From assembly GCF_030028105.1 (NCBI RefSeq), contig NC_092379.1, positions 20,747,309-20,811,308 on the forward strand: a stretch of DNA of 64,000 bases, read 5' to 3'. The position numbers and the translations under genes were made by a program. Position 1 is the stretch's first letter, and every line of letters starts with the position of its first letter. The DNA comes from Mobula birostris (Eukaryota). The notes under the pieces were generated by a model, which ran no database searches, had not been told where the DNA came from, and saw nothing but the letters and a program-made list of their open reading frames with translations. Positions 61,574-64,000 of this stretch are shown here, piece by piece.

Positions 61574-61964
61574 GTCCATGATTCCATTTACCTGATCTCC
61601 CGAGACGGTGACTCTGTTTTTCCATGTTCCTCCTCTCCCTAGCCCATGTCATGTCCATGCCTGGTTCTGGGGTCCGAGCCCGGGGCACGACCCCGGTACT
61701 GGATCCTTGCCCAGTCCCTGGGTCGGAGTCCATACTGTAGCCTCTTCATGTCGCCTCTAGTTTTGGGATCTGATTCCGAGTACTAGCCCAGACCCTTAGT
61801 CCCAGCCTAGTCGTAATCCTGAGTTCTTGTTCAGTTCGCTATTCCTGCTCCTGCCTTGCTCTCCTGGTATCAAACAATAAACTAAATTTACTTAACCTCA
61901 CAAGATGTGTCTTGCATTTGGGTCCACCCTTGCTCCCAATGCCACCCCCCCCACCATTGTGACA

Positions 61965-62320
61965 GTTAGAGAGTTTAAATCCTAGAAGCTGGTGCGGTTG
62001 GGAGCAACTCATAACAATAACAACATTGCTTTTGCACCAGTCTGGTTCACTCAACCTGACCTGAAACTCCAAACCTGGAGGAACTGTGGGCCGCTTTGTC
62101 TGGCCTCTACCCTTGGACCTGTTTGGCATGGGCAACCTTACCTTGAGCTAAAGCACAAGGCCCTGATTCAAGCCAACATAGATCTCTGGGTCACTGAGGC
62201 ACTCAAGCCTTCAAACCCTACATCAAGGTTGTGGTCCTCTTGGAAGAAAAGAAATTGATTTACCATTTTGGTTGGTGCCATGGTGGGCTTGTGGTGTCAG
62301 GTGGACATAAAAGGTTTGCA
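61965..62320 (-). mobile_element. RTE 5' UTR fragment, paralogous to 58785-59140
   Basis: Direct alignment (tctggcctctacc, cctgtttggcatggg, cactgaggcactcaagcct). Confidence 0.7.
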
Positions 62321-62449
62321 AAGTTCTCCACTATCTGTCCCAACATTTCTCCCTCACAGAATATCAGATCTCTTTCTACTTCATTGCTCTTTCAGATAGG
62401 TTACTCTGTGTAATTTGTGTTCAGGTAACAGGAGGCTCCACTTCAAAAG

Positions 62450-63001
62450 TGTCAAGATGCTGGAGCAGCGATCCATTCACAGACCCAGTACTGTGCACAC
62501 AGTGATATTAATTGAGTAACAAATCCCGAGGTGTAAACAAAGTCGGCATCAAAGTTCAGCAGAGATCAAAACATCCAGAGAAATCCAAAAACCAGAATCG
62601 GGAAATAGGCAGAGTCGATATTCAGTCAGACAGCGTACAGACACGAATGCTGGAAAGGCTCAGGAAAATTCACTGACACAATATGGCAACAAACAGGTGA
62701 AAGCACAGGACTGAAATACACTGAGCAAAAAACAGAAGACTTTGATAGGTGGAACACAATGAAACAGAAGTGGCAGCAAAACAGGCAATAATGAGAAATA
62801 GGTGAGAGGCGGAGTACCCAGTAATACAGGGGCCGGAGTAGAGCAGGAGCAGGGACAGGAGCACATGGGGCATGAAAACAAACAAGGACACATCAGAATC
62901 AGGTTTATTATCACCGGCATGTGACATGAAATACAAAACCACAGACTGACGGCTAGGGGGAAAACACACAAAAAGACAAAGTTCAACTGGAGGTACTGAC
63001 A
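62450..63001 (-). mobile_element. Solo LTR (552 bp), 5-bp TSD
   Basis: tgtca...tgaca termini and perfect TSD aaaag (62445-62449 / 63002-63006). Confidence 0.88.
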
Positions 63002-63564
63002 AAAAGGTAATTCATTGTCTGCAGAAACTGCTCTGGTTTGCCATGGAGTAGAGAGGGGGGAGCTTTGGTTTGATTAGTAACTTAATCATCGTAGTTTATA
63101 TTTTACTGATGATACAAGATTTGGGACACACAGTACTCCCATCACTAGGGTGGGAAAACAGAATTACCCACCTTGCTGATCTGCACCTTGGATACCCTCC
63201 CCCGTCAGCTTCCTTTCAATACGGACCGTTCAGCAGCGCTTGTCTGCCAACCTACTGGGGAGCATCTTGTTACCTGTAACAATGACTTCTGTTATGTAGC
63301 TTTAGCTCCTGAGTTCCCTGCATCAAATGCCCTGTTCCTCTTACCGGCTGAAAGAGGTCAAAGAGATTTTGTGAGGAGTACTGCTGAGGGTTTGGCAGTG
63401 CAATTCATGGTGCCAGGTCCCTGAAAGCAGAAATATATTTTAAGTGTAAATTCCATCCATTTCCACCAGGAATCTCCGTTTAACGTTGATTCTCGTGGTG
63501 TGGGTGCAGTCAGAAGATTGTGTTATAACTCTTTGTTGCTTAATCCATTTTCCTGTAAAGGAGA

Positions 63565-63740
63565 ATATCTGTTCACTGACTGGTGTCTCTCAGTCCTTGT
63601 CTTTCAAGGGGGTATTTGTCCACTGATTGGTGTCTCTCAGTCCCTGTCGCTCGAGAGATATCTGTCCACTGACTGGTGTCTCTCCTGGGGATATCTGTCG
63701 ACTGACCGTTGTCTCGCATTCCCTCTCGCTGGGATCCTGT
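63565..63740. repeat. Degenerate 46-47-bp minisatellite, about 4 units
   Basis: cactgactggtgtctctc recurs at 63574, 63621 and 63667, with a decayed copy at about 63700. Confidence 0.75.
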
Positions 63741-64000
63741 GTGTTTCCGTTTACACAAACTGTTTATCGCTGAAATTGATGAATCGAGCAGAGTGTGACA
63801 GAACTTTAATCCGGATCTGGTCACTGCCGCCGATCAGCCGCCTGTTTCAGAGACAAACAACTTTTGGGGAATTGAAATCGCTGCTGTGGGTGGGGACAGG
63901 AAGCTGCGCCTCTGGTTTCAGTGTCTGAGAGCCTGTTCAAACCGCGGCTCCCTCTCTCACTCACAGCCCACGTCCCTATTTAAACAGCGCTCACTGCGGC
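63690..64000. promoter_or_regulatory. CpG-rich candidate promoter or first-exon region with TATA-like tatttaaa at 63977-63984
   Basis: Non-repeat DNA with retained CpGs, unlike the CpG-depleted old repeats. Direction unresolved. Confidence 0.4.

Larger units (their letters stand above)
60382..61964 (+). mobile_element. Long LTR, sushi-like termini (copy 4, 1583 bp); no TSD
   Basis: tgtcatggtcc...gtgtcttgcatttgggtcc...gtgaca. Flanks ggtca and gttag do not match. Confidence 0.82.

Noticed and set aside
62498-62527. cacagtg followed by acaaatccc (RSS-like)
   Set aside because: The spacer is 14 nt rather than 12 or 23, the nonamer is poor, it lies inside an LTR, and no V/D/J segment is adjacent.
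63172-63273. In-frame TGA after Cys (KRC*TVRIE) as possible selenocysteine
   Set aside because: No similarity to a selenoprotein family that I recognise and no SECIS identified.

Overview
Repeat-saturated vertebrate genomic DNA with no prokaryotic features. The repeat mix (CR1 LINEs with SGNH-esterase ORF1, Penelope-like elements, a V-SINE, RTEs) suggests a cartilaginous fish, probably a ray; this is an inference. No intact host protein-coding gene can be supported. Main contents: (1) a degenerate gamma/epsilon-like endogenous retrovirus (ERV1, 1-9703, +) with both LTRs, tRNA-Ser PBS, gag, RT, IN and an env reduced to its TM part; (2) a second ERV remnant on the minus strand (about 10.1-15.9 kb); (3) a complete but defective Tf1/sushi-type chromoviral Ty3/Gypsy element (52263-57096) with a clear self-priming signature, nested in an RTE LINE; (4) a second Gypsy 3' half (16.0-18.4 kb); (5) nine solo-LTR-like elements, eight with verifiable TSDs, of which four are long sushi-like LTRs that each carry a different internal tandem array; (6) several Penelope-like insertions with hammerhead-ribozyme motifs and fold-back ends; (7) many CR1/RTE/Rex/SINE fragments, including one near-complete CR1 (18363-21732); (8) weak candidate exons, two small diverged local duplications and a CpG-rich, TATA-containing end. 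Alignments and identities were done by eye, and boundaries of old fragments are approximate.
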